Shown here in pieces: positions 9,811-20,799 of a stretch of DNA of 64,000 nt. The DNA is from an uncultured Acetatifactor sp. Its GTDB lineage: Bacteria; Bacillota; Clostridia; Lachnospirales; Lachnospiraceae. The stretch spans positions 16,680-80,679 of the forward strand of contig CAJUFI010000001.1 of the NCBI GenBank assembly GCA_910585665.1. Reading direction: 5' to 3'. The notes below the pieces were generated by a model. The model was not told the origin of the DNA and did no database searches. It saw only the letters and a list, made by a program, of their open reading frames with translations. The position numbers and the translations under genes were made by a program. The stretch's first letter is position 1. Each line of letters starts with the position of its first letter.

Positions 9811-10467
9811 CTAAAACAATCCCACATAATCATCGATATAATAGTCGGCCAGCTCCCGTTTCCGGTCCCGGGAGTCGGCGGAGTATTCGTCCTCCACGGC
9901 GCAGACCCGCATACCGGCGTTCTTCCCCGCCAGGATTCCCGCCACGATGTCCTCGAACACCAGGCAGCGCCCGGCAGGCACGCCCAGGCCATGGGCCACT
10001 GCCAGATAGATGTCCGGGTTCGGCTTGCCCCGCAGCACCTCGCTGCCGGTCATGATGCAGGTAAAATACTCACGCAGATTATGTACGGCGGCCACATTTT
10101 CCACCAGCTCCCTGGAATTGCTGGTGGCGATGCCAAGCCGGATGCCCTTTTCCCGGCAGTGCCTCAGGAAATCGGGAATCCCCTTTTTCAACGGTACTTC
10201 ATACATATATTTATTCCAGGCCATACGGTTCCATTCCGCCATGATTTCTTCCAGGGAATCCGGTATGGCGAAGTGTTCCTTGAAATAACATGCCGTCTCC
10301 CGGAAACTCATGCCCTCGATCTCTGACTGCAGATTCTCCGGCAGCGGGATTTTGTAGCGCCCCAGATACTCGATGTCGATGGCCCGCCACATCCACATGG
10401 AGTCCACCAGGGAACCGTCCATGTCGAATATGACCGCCTCTATATCCCGCAACATCTCATGCCTCAT
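9811..10467 (-). CDS. HAD family phosphatase
   Basis: FDMDGSLVDS, KPNPDIY, FED motifs; ATGA overlap with upstream gene. Confidence 0.92.
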   Translation of the reverse strand: MRHEMLRDIEAVIFDMDGSLVDSMWMWRAIDIEYLGRYKIPLPENLQSEIEGMSFRETACYFKEHFAIPDSLEEIMAEWNRMAWNKYMYEVPLKKGIPDFLRHCREKGIRLGIATSNSRELVENVAAVHNLREYFTCIMTGSEVLRGKPNPDIYLAVAHGLGVPAGRCLVFEDIVAGILAGKNAGMRVCAVEDEYSADSRDRKRELADYYIDDYVGLF

Positions 10468-11294
10468 CTTCCGTTCCCTCCTGTTCGACAGGCCTTGCGC
10501 TCTGCATGTTCTGTGGCCTGTCCGCTGTCCGGAGCAGTGCCGCCGTTTCTCCTTCGGCTTTCTCTGTCTTCCGTAGCCGTTGTCATCTCGACTCCAGCGT
10601 CCCCGGACAGTCTCTCAAGTTCTTCCTCCGTCAGCTCCCTGTATTCGCCGGGCCGGAGCGTCTCGTCCAGGTCAAGCCCGCCGAAAGACACCCTCTTCAG
10701 GGCCAGCACCTGATTGCCCACCGCCTGCAGCATCCGCTTCACCTGATGGAACTTCCCTTCCTGAATGGTGAGTAAGATTTCCGTATCCTCCAAAAGCGTC
10801 ACCCGGGCGGGCAAAGTGGGCTTCTCCTCGCCGATGTCCAGCCCTTCTTCCAGGCGGCGGACATCTCCCTCTGCCAGTATATGGGCTATGGTCACGCGAT
10901 AGGTCTTGTCCACATGCTTTCTGGGGGCCAGCAGCCTGTGGGCCAGGCCGCCGTCGTCCGTGAGAAGGAGCAGGCCCGTGGTGTCTTTGTCCAGCCGCCC
11001 CACAGGGAAGATTCCTTCCTTTGCATCCTTTCCCAGCAGGGAGACCACGGTGTGCTCCGCCCGGTCCGAGGTGGCCGATACCACGCCGACGGGTTTGTTC
11101 ATCATATAGTAGACGAACTTTTTATAGCACAGAGGCTCCCCCCGGAAAGCAATCTTGTCCGACAGCTCATCCACCTGCCGGTCCGGGCTTTTCGCCAGGG
11201 CGCCGTTTACCGTCACAAGCCCCTGGCGCACATAGGACTTTACCTGGCTTCTGGAGCCCAGATTCATTTCGCATAAAAACCTGTCAAGACGCAT
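10464..11294 (-). CDS. RsuA family rRNA pseudouridine synthase
   Basis: MRLDRFL S4 domain, GRLDKDTTGLLL, EGKFHQVKRM. Confidence 0.93.
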   Translation of the reverse strand: MRLDRFLCEMNLGSRSQVKSYVRQGLVTVNGALAKSPDRQVDELSDKIAFRGEPLCYKKFVYYMMNKPVGVVSATSDRAEHTVVSLLGKDAKEGIFPVGRLDKDTTGLLLLTDDGGLAHRLLAPRKHVDKTYRVTIAHILAEGDVRRLEEGLDIGEEKPTLPARVTLLEDTEILLTIQEGKFHQVKRMLQAVGNQVLALKRVSFGGLDLDETLRPGEYRELTEEELERLSGDAGVEMTTATEDRESRRRNGGTAPDSGQATEHAERKACRTGGNGR

Positions 11295-11437
11295 GCGCAC
11301 ATCCTTTCTGGCTGCATGATCGGACTGCCGCCGACATTCCCCGGGAGCTGTCGGAAAATGCCCGATACAGCCAACTCCTTCCGAGCGATAAAATCAGCAG
11401 CCAGTCCCGGTGCCTTCACCCATATGCCGGGTTGCTG

Positions 11438-11466
11438 GCATATTTTTGTGACTGCCGGTATATATT
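11438..11466 (+). promoter_or_regulatory. Putative sigma-E-type sporulation promoter
   Basis: GCATATT-N14-TATATATT upstream of the ylbJ-like gene. Confidence 0.5.
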
Positions 11467-11487
11467 GTGGGGAAGGAGTGTCCCTTT

Positions 11488-12597
11488 ATGAAACTATTGA
11501 CCGTATTGTTCCTTGTATTGCTGGGCTGTATCCTGACCCATTCCCAGATCAGCCTGTCCTATGCCGCCATGGGACTGAATCTGTGGTTCGAGAAAATGAT
11601 TCCCTCTCTGCTGCCCTTCATGATTCTGTCCGGCATCATGGTACGGCTGAAACTGACGGACAAAGTCGCCATGATTGTCTATCCTGTCGTCAAACCGTTA
11701 TATAAAATACGCAGAAACGTATGCTATGCCATGCTGATGGGATTCCTCTGCGGCTTCCCCATGGGGGCAAGGGTGGTGGCCGATCTGTATACAAGGCAGA
11801 TGATCGGCAAAAGGGAGGCCGAGTTCCTCCTGGCATTCTGCAACAATATCGGCCCTGTGTATTTCTGCAGCTTCGTTCTGCCCCTTTTGGGGCGGAAGCT
11901 TGTGCTGCCTTATCTGTTCGGCATGTATGGGATTCCCCTTTTGTACGGCCTTGCGCTGCGCTACACGGCGTTCCGGGATTTGCCTCAGGAAAACGGGGTT
12001 GCGCTCTCTCGCAGCACGAAAAACCTTGTCTCCTGCGAGAGGCCCGCTCTGCATAGCTTCAAAAGCCTTGCCGTTCCTAAGAACCAGGCCATCTCTAAAG
12101 GCCTTTCCGTCCAAGGGCTGCCGGCATCTTGCCATTCCAAAGACCTGACCGCATGTCAGATAAACCGCCAGGCAAAGCCACGAAGCCGCCCCTCCGGGCT
12201 TTTCCCGGCGGAAAAGTCCGCGGAGCGGTTCCTGGAGGCAGTGGACGAATCGGTACATGCCTCCATGCAGAGCATCCTCTCTCTGGGCGGCTACATGGTC
12301 CTGTTCAATCTGCTGAACCTGGTTCCGCACCTTCTGCTGGGCGGCCCCCTGCGGGAGCTTGCCCCTCTGCTGGAAATCACCGGCGGGCTTACGATGCTGG
12401 GGGACGCCTTCCCCCTTTACAGCCTGCTGGCCCTTTCCTTCGGCGGGCTTTCCTGCATCGCCCAGACATACAGCTGCATCGGCGACTCGGATCTGTCCAT
12501 CAACTGCTACATCCGGCAGAAAATCCTGCTGACGCTGCTGGCAGGCGGCTTCTACCTGGGCTGGTTCCTGCTGCTGCCCGGCTCATTTCTGCGCTGA
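11488..12597 (+). CDS. ylbJ: Sporulation integral membrane protein YlbJ-like
   Basis: GLNLW..MIPSLLPFMILS, GFLCGFPMGA, LEITGG, SFGGLSCIAQ; AAGGAG RBS. Confidence 0.75.
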   Translation: MKLLTVLFLVLLGCILTHSQISLSYAAMGLNLWFEKMIPSLLPFMILSGIMVRLKLTDKVAMIVYPVVKPLYKIRRNVCYAMLMGFLCGFPMGARVVADLYTRQMIGKREAEFLLAFCNNIGPVYFCSFVLPLLGRKLVLPYLFGMYGIPLLYGLALRYTAFRDLPQENGVALSRSTKNLVSCERPALHSFKSLAVPKNQAISKGLSVQGLPASCHSKDLTACQINRQAKPRSRPSGLFPAEKSAERFLEAVDESVHASMQSILSLGGYMVLFNLLNLVPHLLLGGPLRELAPLLEITGGLTMLGDAFPLYSLLALSFGGLSCIAQTYSCIGDSDLSINCYIRQKILLTLLAGGFYLGWFLLLPGSFLR

Positions 12598-13877
12598 ATT
12601 CGGTTCTTTCTGCGCCTGCGGAACAGGATGCCCTGGACGATGAGTATCGCCAGGAGCAGGATGCCGGCCGCCAGAAGGCAGGACCGGAACAGGACGGCGA
12701 AGCGAGCATTCTTCTGCGCCTCCTCAGGTTGGCTTTCCAGGGAAAGGTCTTCCGCCGGTACGACCTCTATATCCCTGCCATCAACCTCCTGTACCTGAGG
12801 CGCCGCGAAGGCCTCCGGGCTTGTGAGGCAGTCGCTTTCCGTGTACAGGTCATAGATATTGTAGGCCCGCACAATCACCCTGGGCCATGTGCCCGGGGTG
12901 ACGGGAATCTCCAGGGTGAAGGTATCCGCATAGCTGCCCGTCAGGGTATCGCTTTCCGGCCAGACTTCCCTGGCGCTGTAGCTTATGCCCCTGTCCGTGC
13001 TGTAGCTGTAATACAACAGCGGCGAATCCGAATCCATGGCCGTGACCTGCACTTTCAGCATATAATTCTCATAATCCGCGTCCAGGAATTCCACCCTGCA
13101 TATCTCCGGTTCCGTGGCATCCACCACAGTGACGGGCACCACGGAAGAGGCGTCCGCGTCCGCCAGCTGATACCCGGAATAGTCCACGCCCAAAGAACTG
13201 CTCTTCAAGCCGAAATACCTCGCCACCGCAGCGGCGTCCATCTTCCCGAACTGCCGCAGCTGCTCGTCGTTCTCGCAATAGACTGCGTCCCGGGCCTCGT
13301 CTACATGACAGTGCTCAATGATGACCGCCGGGATGTCCAGGGCTACGGACTCTCTGATGATGCCGTAGTAGTCAAGCCCCTTGTCCCCCAGCCTGGTCTT
13401 GACGCCCCTTACCAGCAGCCCGAATTCCCGCATGTCTGTCAGAAACTCACAGCCGAACTGATAGCCGTAACTATTGTAAGGGGGAAAAGCGGACACCCAG
13501 ACCTCGGAACCGAAGAACTCATGGTTGGCGGAGGCATTGTAATGGATGCTGAACAGGAAGTCCGCGTCCACGGATTTGGCGAAGGCCGCCCGCTCCTTTA
13601 AGGTCATGTCGATGTCCTCTGTATGGGTCAGATAGACCTCCACATCCTCATACTGGACAAGCTCCTCATACATGGCCAGCGCCGTGGTCATGGTCATCTG
13701 CTTCTCTTCGTGGCTGTTTTCGATGGTGCCCCGGTTCTCCCCGCCGTGCCCCGGGTCTATCACGATGACCAGCTTCTCTCCCTTGATGTCCTGCAGCCTG
13801 GGAGCGGCACGGACCGCCCCCGGAAGCAGAAGGATGATCAGGACCGCAATCCCTACTATCAGTGAAAATCTCCCCAT
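12552..13877 (-). CDS. N-acetylmuramoyl-L-alanine amidase with signal peptide and C-terminal TM anchor
   Basis: Amidase_3 motifs VIDPGHGG, FSIHYNAS, VIIEH. Confidence 0.9.
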   Translation of the reverse strand: MGRFSLIVGIAVLIILLLPGAVRAAPRLQDIKGEKLVIVIDPGHGGENRGTIENSHEEKQMTMTTALAMYEELVQYEDVEVYLTHTEDIDMTLKERAAFAKSVDADFLFSIHYNASANHEFFGSEVWVSAFPPYNSYGYQFGCEFLTDMREFGLLVRGVKTRLGDKGLDYYGIIRESVALDIPAVIIEHCHVDEARDAVYCENDEQLRQFGKMDAAAVARYFGLKSSSLGVDYSGYQLADADASSVVPVTVVDATEPEICRVEFLDADYENYMLKVQVTAMDSDSPLLYYSYSTDRGISYSAREVWPESDTLTGSYADTFTLEIPVTPGTWPRVIVRAYNIYDLYTESDCLTSPEAFAAPQVQEVDGRDIEVVPAEDLSLESQPEEAQKNARFAVLFRSCLLAAGILLLAILIVQGILFRRRRKNRIQRRNEPGSSRNQPR

Positions 13878-14199
13878 ATAGCTCCTTTCATGTGACTTTT
13901 TCCATGTCTATATCTTCACGCCTAAATCTATGCTGAAATTCATAATAATCCGTAAAATACGGGAAAGAACCAGCTTTCTTGCGAAAACCGGTTCCATGTA
14001 TCCAAAACCTTTATGCAGAAAGATTACGGCGACTGATACGGGAAACTACGCCGCGCCATGCAGAAGGGGCGCCCTATGATGCCGTCATACTTCTACAGAA
14101 GGCCAAAATCCTCCGCAAATAGCCGAACTTCCGTGCGATTTGTTCCCAATGGCACAATGAACCACGCGACAAAACAGAAATAAGCCGGATAGCATCAAG

Positions 14200-14802
14200 T
14201 CATAAGACATCCAGCTTGTCGTCATCGTCATTGTCGCCCAGCAGATGGGATTCCTCCAACTCCTCCGCCGGGCGCAGGGACCTGAGGTTCGCCTGAATCA
14301 TGTCATGATACTGCCCCAGGGAACCCATAAGCTTATCATAATCCGCCCGGGAGGACTTGAGGGCGGACGAGACGATGGATTCCAATTCCGCCAGCCGATC
14401 CTCGGTGTACCGGGAAGCTTGGGTCCTGAGCTCATTGGCCTCTATGGTCGCCTTATCCAGAATCTCCCTGGCCTGGCTGGCGGCGGTGGCCACGATTCCG
14501 TTGGCCTGGGCATAGGCTTGCTGCATGATTTCATGCTCGCTGATCAGCTCGTTGGTATGTACCGTGGCCTCGTCAATCAGAGCCTGCGCTTTGGCGCGGG
14601 CATCATTCAGGATGGCATCCTTGTTGCTGATGATTTTCTGATACCGTTTGATCTCGTCAGGAGTCCTCATGCGCAGCTCACGAAGCAATTCATCGATTTC
14701 ATCCTTATTGACAATGATCTCTGAATTCGACATGAATTTCGGTTTGCAGCTTTCGATATACTCCTCCAATTCATCTATTAATTGCTCTATTCTGCTGCTC
14801 AT
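14200..14802 (-). CDS. Coiled-coil protein typical of the position downstream of coaD in Clostridia
   Basis: IEQLIDELEEYIE...PDEIKRYQKII followed by Ala/Glu-rich heptads. Confidence 0.75.
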   Translation of the reverse strand: MSSRIEQLIDELEEYIESCKPKFMSNSEIIVNKDEIDELLRELRMRTPDEIKRYQKIISNKDAILNDARAKAQALIDEATVHTNELISEHEIMQQAYAQANGIVATAASQAREILDKATIEANELRTQASRYTEDRLAELESIVSSALKSSRADYDKLMGSLGQYHDMIQANLRSLRPAEELEESHLLGDNDDDDKLDVL

Positions 14803-14823
14803 AAGCTAAATATGCTCCCTTCC

Positions 14824-15318
14824 TCAGATTCTGTCCTGGATATGGTACTTCTCATATATCAGCTTTGCCACGAACTCCGGCACGCACTGGCTGACATCGC
14901 CGCCGAAGCTGGCGATTTCCTTTACGCTGGAGGAGCTGAGGTACGCATACTCCAGGCTTGTAGTCAGGAACATGGTGTCCAGCTTCTCGCCGGAAAGCTT
15001 CCGGTTGGTCTGGGCGATCTGCAGCTCGTACTCGAAATCGGTGATGGCCCGCAGGCCCCTGACCGCCACATGGATGTCATGCTCCGCCGCGTAATTGATC
15101 AACAGGCCGGTGAAGCTGTCCACCTGTACATTGGGAATGTCCTTCGTGGCCTCCTGTAATATCTTAACACGTTCCTCCACAGAAAACAACGGTGTCTTTA
15201 CCTTATTGTTCAAAACGCTGACAATCAATACATCAAACATTTCGGAAGCGCGCCTGATCACGTCCAGATGTCCGAAGGTGACAGGGTCAAAGCTCCCGGG
15301 ATAGACTGCTCGCTTCAT
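14824..15318 (-). CDS. coaD: Pantetheine-phosphate adenylyltransferase
   Basis: [34 protein letters not shown]. Confidence 0.97.
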   Translation of the reverse strand: MKRAVYPGSFDPVTFGHLDVIRRASEMFDVLIVSVLNNKVKTPLFSVEERVKILQEATKDIPNVQVDSFTGLLINYAAEHDIHVAVRGLRAITDFEYELQIAQTNRKLSGEKLDTMFLTTSLEYAYLSSSSVKEIASFGGDVSQCVPEFVAKLIYEKYHIQDRI

Positions 15319-15869
15319 GGCTGCTCCCTCTTTATGAACAGATGTTTGTTCGTCTTATACCTCTTGTCCTTCGTTACCTGGTAGCCCAGCTCCGTGACCC
15401 AGGAAAAATCCGTCTCCTTTGCGGCCTCCGCCACGATGATGGTGTCCTCCGTCACATAGCGCATCTCCTTCAAAAGGGCCAATACCGCCCTTTCCTGGCC
15501 GTCCTCATAGGGGGGATCCAGGAAAATGATGTCCACAGCCTCCTCCCGGATGCTCCCCAGGGCGCTGCAGACATCCTGCTTCCACACCACGGCCCGGTCC
15601 TCCATCTTCGTGAACGCCAGGTTCTGCTGGATACAGGCGATGGCTTTCGGCGCATTGTCCACGAAATAGGCCTTCCGCGCGCCACGGCTCAAGGCCTCGA
15701 TGCCGATGCTGCCGCTTCCGCTGAACAGATCCAGGAAGATGCCCCCTGGAATGTCCCACTGCAGCATATTGAACAAGGTCTCTTTGATCCTGTCCGTGGT
15801 AGGCCTTACGTCCAGGCCTTCCGGTGTCTTCAGGGGAAGGCTTCTGGCTGTCCCTGCAATCACTCTCAT
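15315..15869 (-). CDS. rsmD: 16S rRNA m2G966 methyltransferase
   Basis: [37 protein letters not shown]. Confidence 0.96.
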   Translation of the reverse strand: MRVIAGTARSLPLKTPEGLDVRPTTDRIKETLFNMLQWDIPGGIFLDLFSGSGSIGIEALSRGARKAYFVDNAPKAIACIQQNLAFTKMEDRAVVWKQDVCSALGSIREEAVDIIFLDPPYEDGQERAVLALLKEMRYVTEDTIIVAEAAKETDFSWVTELGYQVTKDKRYKTNKHLFIKREQP

Positions 15870-15879
15870 ACTTTCTACC

Positions 15880-18120
15880 TCATACTCTGATTTTCGTGCC
15901 CTTGCCGTCGCGCTTGGCCGGCTTCATCTTGTCCAGGTCGATGGTCTTGCCCTTGTAGTCGATGGAGGACGCCGAAGAACTGGATGTATAATATACATTC
16001 TCCACCGCGTCCTTCGCCCCCAGCTTGATGCCCCGCACGCCCACGGCGGCCTTTTTCTTCTCCGGGACCTCTTCCATGGCGAATTTCAGGAAATAGCCCT
16101 CCTTGGTCTGGAGGACGATATCCCGTTTCTCCAGAAGCGGCATGACGCTGACCACGCTGTCGCCCTCCCCCAGCTTCGTGGCGGCCACCGTGCGCTTGGA
16201 CACATCGAACTCGCCGCCGTCCACCAGCTTCATCATGCCCTGGGCAGTGACGAAGGCCACCTGCCGCAGATTCAGCTCCGTCTGGCTGGTGATGCAGACA
16301 ATCTCCTCCTTCTCGGAGTTGAAATTGCTCACATTGTCGATGGGGACGCCCTTGTCCCGGAACTTCCCGAAGGGCAGATCCATGGCTTTGATGGTGTGGA
16401 GCTGGCCCGTGGAAGTGAACAGACATATCTTCCCCGTGTTCTTGCAGAGGAAGACGAACTTGCTCTCCGCGTCCGCGGCCTCTTTGTTGCGCTCATAGGT
16501 GGCTTCGTCCACGGTCTTGGCATAGCCGAAGCGGTCCATGAGGAAGACTACATTCGTCTCTTCTATCTCCTTTTCCTTAAAGACGGCCTCCTCCACATTG
16601 TCGATGACTGTCCTTCTCTTACGGCTGTAGGCCTTCTTGAAGCCGTCCAGCTCGTTGATGATGACCTGGGCCATGGAATCCCTGCGGTCCAGGATATCCT
16701 CATAGCGATAGATGTTCGCCATGGTATCCTCATGCTCCTTGATCAGGGCCTCTATCTCCAGGCCGATCAGCTTGTACAGGCGCATCTCCAGGATGGCGTT
16801 GGCCTGGCGCTCCGTAAAGGACAGCTGCTCCGCCATGATCTTGGACTCTTTGGACTTGAACTTGATGCCGGCGGTCTTGCCCTCCACCAGACAGGCTTTC
16901 GCCATGTTCCTGTCCTTGGAGCCCCGTAGGATCTCGATGATCAGGTCGATGACATTGCAGGCCTTGATCAAGCCCTCCTGGACTTCCTTGCGCTCCAGTT
17001 CCTTCGCCAGGAGGTTGTTGTACTTCCTGGTGGCAATCTGGAACTGGAAGTCCACATTGGCTTTCAGGATCTGCTTCAGGCCCATGGTCTCCGGCCGGCC
17101 TTCGCAGATGGCCAGCATATTGACGCCAAATGTGTCTTCCAGCCGGGTCTTCTTGTAGAGCAGGTTCACGAAATTCTCCGCGTCCGCGTCCTTGCGCAGC
17201 TCTATGACGATGCGGATGCCCTCCTTGGAAGACTGGTTGGAGATGTCCACGATGTCCTGTGTCTTCTTGGATTCCACCAGCCCGGCCACGTCGGACAGGA
17301 ACTTGGAGATGTTCATGCCGATCATGGGGTAGGGAATCTCCGTAATCACCACATTGGTCTTGCCGCCCTTCTGCTGTTCGAATTCCACCTTGCCCCGGAT
17401 TTTGATTTTGCCCGTGCCGGTCTCGTAGATCTGGAGCAGATCGTCCTTGTTGGTGACGATGCCGCCCGTGGGGAAATCCGGGCCTTTCAGGTACCGCATC
17501 AGCTCCTTCGTGGTGATGTCGCTGTTGCGCATATAGGCTTTCATGGCATCCACCACCTCGCCCAGATTGTGGGGCGGCGTGCTGGTGGCCATGCCTACGG
17601 CGATTCCCTCGGAGCCGTTGATGAGGAAATTGGGGAGCTTCACCGGCAGGACGGCAGGCTCCTTCTCCGTCTCATCGAAATTCGGGACGAAATCCACCAC
17701 GTCCTTGTCCAAATCAGCCAGGTAAGCCTCCTGGGTCACCCGCTGCAGCCTTGCCTCCGTGTAACGCATGGCAGCGGCGCCGTCTCCCTCAATGTTGCCA
17801 AAGTTTCCGTGCCCGTCCACAAGGGGCAAGCCCTTCTTGAAATCCTGAGCCATGACCACCAGGGAGTCATAAATGGAACTGTCCCCGTGAGGATGGTACT
17901 TACCCATGGTATCGCCTACGATACGGGCACATTTTCTGTAAGGCCTGTCGTAGCGGATACCCAGTTCATACATGTCGTAAAGGGTGCGCCGCTGCACAGG
18001 CTTCAGGCCGTCCCGAACGTCCGGGAGCGCACGGGCGATGATGACGCTCATGGCGTAATCAATGAAAGATTTCTGCATCTCCTCGGAATATTCTGTTTTG
18101 ATGATTCTATTATCGTCCAT
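15880..18120 (-). CDS. parC: Type IIA topoisomerase subunit A (ParC-like)
   Basis: [29 protein letters not shown]; shorter than typical GyrA and no obvious GyrA box, so parC rather than gyrA is an inference. Confidence 0.85.
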   Translation of the reverse strand: MDDNRIIKTEYSEEMQKSFIDYAMSVIIARALPDVRDGLKPVQRRTLYDMYELGIRYDRPYRKCARIVGDTMGKYHPHGDSSIYDSLVVMAQDFKKGLPLVDGHGNFGNIEGDGAAAMRYTEARLQRVTQEAYLADLDKDVVDFVPNFDETEKEPAVLPVKLPNFLINGSEGIAVGMATSTPPHNLGEVVDAMKAYMRNSDITTKELMRYLKGPDFPTGGIVTNKDDLLQIYETGTGKIKIRGKVEFEQQKGGKTNVVITEIPYPMIGMNISKFLSDVAGLVESKKTQDIVDISNQSSKEGIRIVIELRKDADAENFVNLLYKKTRLEDTFGVNMLAICEGRPETMGLKQILKANVDFQFQIATRKYNNLLAKELERKEVQEGLIKACNVIDLIIEILRGSKDRNMAKACLVEGKTAGIKFKSKESKIMAEQLSFTERQANAILEMRLYKLIGLEIEALIKEHEDTMANIYRYEDILDRRDSMAQVIINELDGFKKAYSRKRRTVIDNVEEAVFKEKEIEETNVVFLMDRFGYAKTVDEATYERNKEAADAESKFVFLCKNTGKICLFTSTGQLHTIKAMDLPFGKFRDKGVPIDNVSNFNSEKEEIVCITSQTELNLRQVAFVTAQGMMKLVDGGEFDVSKRTVAATKLGEGDSVVSVMPLLEKRDIVLQTKEGYFLKFAMEEVPEKKKAAVGVRGIKLGAKDAVENVYYTSSSSASSIDYKGKTIDLDKMKPAKRDGKGTKIRV

Positions 18121-18198
18121 TTAGTTCAATCCTTTTCCGATATCTGGTCAGCATATCCGGATTCATATCTTCACGGAAACTGCATACAAATATGTTTC

Positions 18199-18227
18199 AG
18201 TATAACATATTTTATATCGCTTGTAAA
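18199..18227 (-). promoter_or_regulatory. Putative sigma-A promoter for parC
   Basis: TTTACA-17 bp-TATACT with extended -10 TG. Confidence 0.55.
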
Positions 18228-18244
18228 AGAAAATATGGCCTGAC

Positions 18245-18763
18245 TTAGAAGGTCAGAGGAATCCAATACCTCTGAAATACCTTTTCGCCATCCGCCATTT
18301 CATTTTCCAGGATGCCGCCGTTTTTCTGGATAGTTCTCGCAGAGCCTGTGTTCTCTTTGTCACATGTGACCAGGACTTTGTGGATGCCCAGCTTTCCGGC
18401 TTCCACAAGCGCAAGTCTCAGCATTTCCGTGGCATAGCCCTTACGCCTTCTGCTTTTTCTCACGCTGTAGCCGATATGGCCGCTGTGCCGAAGCAGAACG
18501 TCATTTAGCCTGTGCCTGAGGTCTATCATGCCTACAAGCTGATGGTCCTCGTCTATTGCCAGAAATGTGGTGGACGGAACCAGGCCCTCCGGCACGGTCT
18601 TTTCATCCCCCATCTGTTTCCATTTTTCATACCAGGCTTCAAAGGATTCGGCTTTTTCAAGGCCTCCCGTACCGTGCAGCACGTCGCCGTTTCGAAGGAA
18701 TTCTTCTCTGTATTCCATGATTTGATTTTTATATTCAGAGGTCGGCAATATCAGTCTCAGCAT
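18245..18763 (-). CDS. GNAT family N-acetyltransferase
   Basis: GHIGYSVRKSRRRKGYATEML, VTCDKENTGSARTIQKNGG; AGGAG RBS; visibly more AT-rich than its flanks. Confidence 0.9.
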   Translation of the reverse strand: MLRLILPTSEYKNQIMEYREEFLRNGDVLHGTGGLEKAESFEAWYEKWKQMGDEKTVPEGLVPSTTFLAIDEDHQLVGMIDLRHRLNDVLLRHSGHIGYSVRKSRRRKGYATEMLRLALVEAGKLGIHKVLVTCDKENTGSARTIQKNGGILENEMADGEKVFQRYWIPLTF

Positions 18764-18778
18764 AATGCATTCTCCTAT

Positions 18779-18818
18779 ATGGCTATAAACTCGCATCAGT
18801 TATTTGCAGACAATTCCT
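18779..18818 (-). repeat. Palindromic intergenic element, copy C (left arm only)
   Basis: AGGAATTGTCTGCAAATAACTGATGCGAGTTTATAGCCAT differs from the left arm of copy B by two substitutions and one indel. Confidence 0.8.
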
Positions 18819-18837
18819 TACTATGGCAGAGAGTTTC

Positions 18838-20760
18838 TCAGATATCCAGCTCCGCGTCCACCGCATGCTCGTAGATGAAGGTCTTCCGGGGCGGTACCTC
18901 CGTCCCCATCAGCAGCTCTGTCACCTCCGAAGCCATCCTGGCGTCCTCGATCTCCACCAGCTTCATCCGCCGGGTCTCCGGATTCAGCGTGGTCTCCCAG
19001 AGCTGCTCCGCATCCATCTCGCCAAGTCCCTTGTAGCGCTGCAGAGTGAAGGCACCTTTGTGGGTTTTCCGATACTTTTCCAGCGCTTTATCGTCATACA
19101 GATACTGCTCCTCCCCCTTGGCGGGCATAGCCTTGTACAGGGGCGGCATGGCAATGTACACATGGCCCTCGAAAATCAGCTCCGGCATGAACCGATAGAA
19201 CAGCGTCAGCAGCAGGTTCGAGATATGGGCCCCGTCCACGTCCGCATCCGCCATGATGATGATTTTGTCATAGCGCAGCCTGGAGATATCGAAATCATTC
19301 CCGTACCCCTCCGAAAAGCCGCAGCCGAAGGCGTTGATCATGGTCTTGATCTCCGCGTTGGCCAAGACCTTGTCGATGCTGGCCTTCTCCACGTTCAGAA
19401 TCTTGCCCCGGATGGGTAATATCGCCTGGAACATGCGGTTGCGGGCCATCTTGGCGCTGCCGCCTGCGGAATCCCCCTCCACGATGAAGATCTCGCACTG
19501 GGACGGCGTCTTGGACTCGCAGTTGGCCAGCTTCCCGTTGGAGTCGAAGGAGAACTTCTGTTTGGTCAGCATGTTGGTCTTGGCCCGCTCCTCGGACTTG
19601 CGGATTTTGGCGGCTTTCTCCGCGCAGCCGATGATATTCTTCAGCGTTTCCAGGTTCCGGTCGAAGAAATGGACGATCTCCTCCCCCGTCACCTTGGACA
19701 CCACCTTGGCTGCGTCCTGGTTGTCCAGCTTCGTCTTGGTCTGCCCCTCGAACCGGGGATCCGGATGCTTGATGGACACCACCGCCGTCATGCCGTTTCG
19801 CACGTCCGCCCCGGTGAAATTGGCATCCTTTTCCTTCAGGATTCCCAGGTCCCTGGCATAGGTATTGATCACATTGGTAAACATGGTCTTGAAGCCCGTC
19901 AGATGGGTGCCGCCCTCTGAATTGTAGATATTGTTGCAAAAACCCAGCACATTCTCATGGAATTCATTGATATACTGAATGGCCACCTCAACGGAGATTC
20001 CGTCGCTCTCCCCGGAAAAATAAATGATGTCATGCACCGCTTCCTGGGACTTGTTCATATCCTTGACAAAGCCCGTGATTCCGTCCGGCTCATGGAAGGT
20101 CACCGTCTCCGGCGCCTCCTTGCGCCTGTCCTCGAAGATGATCGTCAGATTCGGATTCAGATAGGCCGTCTCATGCAGGCGGCTCTTCACATCGTCCTCC
20201 TTGAACCGGGTCTTGTCAAAAATCGTATCGTCCGGTAGGAAATTGATGATTGTCCCGGACTCTTTGGTCTTCCCAATCACCGGCAGCAGCCCGTTTTCAA
20301 GCGGCGTGATCGGATTCCCCCGCTCGTATTTATCCTCGTAGATGTACCCGCCCGTCTTGACCGTCACGGTCAACCGGGTGGAAAGGGCGTTCACCACCGA
20401 AGAGCCCACGCCGTGGAGGCCTCCGCTGGTCTTGTACACCGAATTGTCGAACTTGCCGCCCGCGTGGAGGGTGGTGAACACCAGCCGCTCGGCGCTGATT
20501 CCCTTCTCGTGCATCCCCACCGGAATCCCCCGGCCGTTGTCTGTCACCGTGGCGGAGTCGTCCGCCTCAAGCACCACCCGAATCGTATCGCAGAACCCGG
20601 CCAGGTGCTCGTCTACAGAATTGTCCACGATTTCATAGATCAGATGATTCAGACCCTTCGTGGACACGCTGCCGATGTACATCCCCGGCCTTTTCCGCAC
20701 AGCTTCCAAACCTTCCAGCACCGTAATGCTGGAGGCATCATAATTGCTTACATTACCCAT
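18838..20760 (-). CDS. parE: Type IIA topoisomerase subunit B (ParE-like)
   Basis: VRKRPGMYIG, EIVDNS, LHAGGKF, GLHGVG, VEGDSAGG, DADVDG, YKGLGEM. Confidence 0.85.
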   Translation of the reverse strand: MGNVSNYDASSITVLEGLEAVRKRPGMYIGSVSTKGLNHLIYEIVDNSVDEHLAGFCDTIRVVLEADDSATVTDNGRGIPVGMHEKGISAERLVFTTLHAGGKFDNSVYKTSGGLHGVGSSVVNALSTRLTVTVKTGGYIYEDKYERGNPITPLENGLLPVIGKTKESGTIINFLPDDTIFDKTRFKEDDVKSRLHETAYLNPNLTIIFEDRRKEAPETVTFHEPDGITGFVKDMNKSQEAVHDIIYFSGESDGISVEVAIQYINEFHENVLGFCNNIYNSEGGTHLTGFKTMFTNVINTYARDLGILKEKDANFTGADVRNGMTAVVSIKHPDPRFEGQTKTKLDNQDAAKVVSKVTGEEIVHFFDRNLETLKNIIGCAEKAAKIRKSEERAKTNMLTKQKFSFDSNGKLANCESKTPSQCEIFIVEGDSAGGSAKMARNRMFQAILPIRGKILNVEKASIDKVLANAEIKTMINAFGCGFSEGYGNDFDISRLRYDKIIIMADADVDGAHISNLLLTLFYRFMPELIFEGHVYIAMPPLYKAMPAKGEEQYLYDDKALEKYRKTHKGAFTLQRYKGLGEMDAEQLWETTLNPETRRMKLVEIEDARMASEVTELLMGTEVPPRKTFIYEHAVDAELDI

Positions 20761-20799
20761 CTATAAACCTCTCTGTCCCCAAACTTTTCTGCCATATCC

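Noticed and set aside
13878..14199. Possible ncRNA, riboswitch or further copy of the palindromic element in a 320-bp spacer
   Set aside because: Only a weak CAAATAGCCG resemblance and no recognisable RNA motif; an Rfam scan would be needed
18184..18198. Third LexA box before parC
   Set aside because: AAAC-ATAT-TTGT has too many mismatches to GAAC-N4-GTTC
15880..20760. Calling the pair gyrA/gyrB
   Set aside because: No oriC-type neighbours, no clear GyrA box and a shorter A subunit; topoisomerase IV-like is preferred but unproven without a phylogeny
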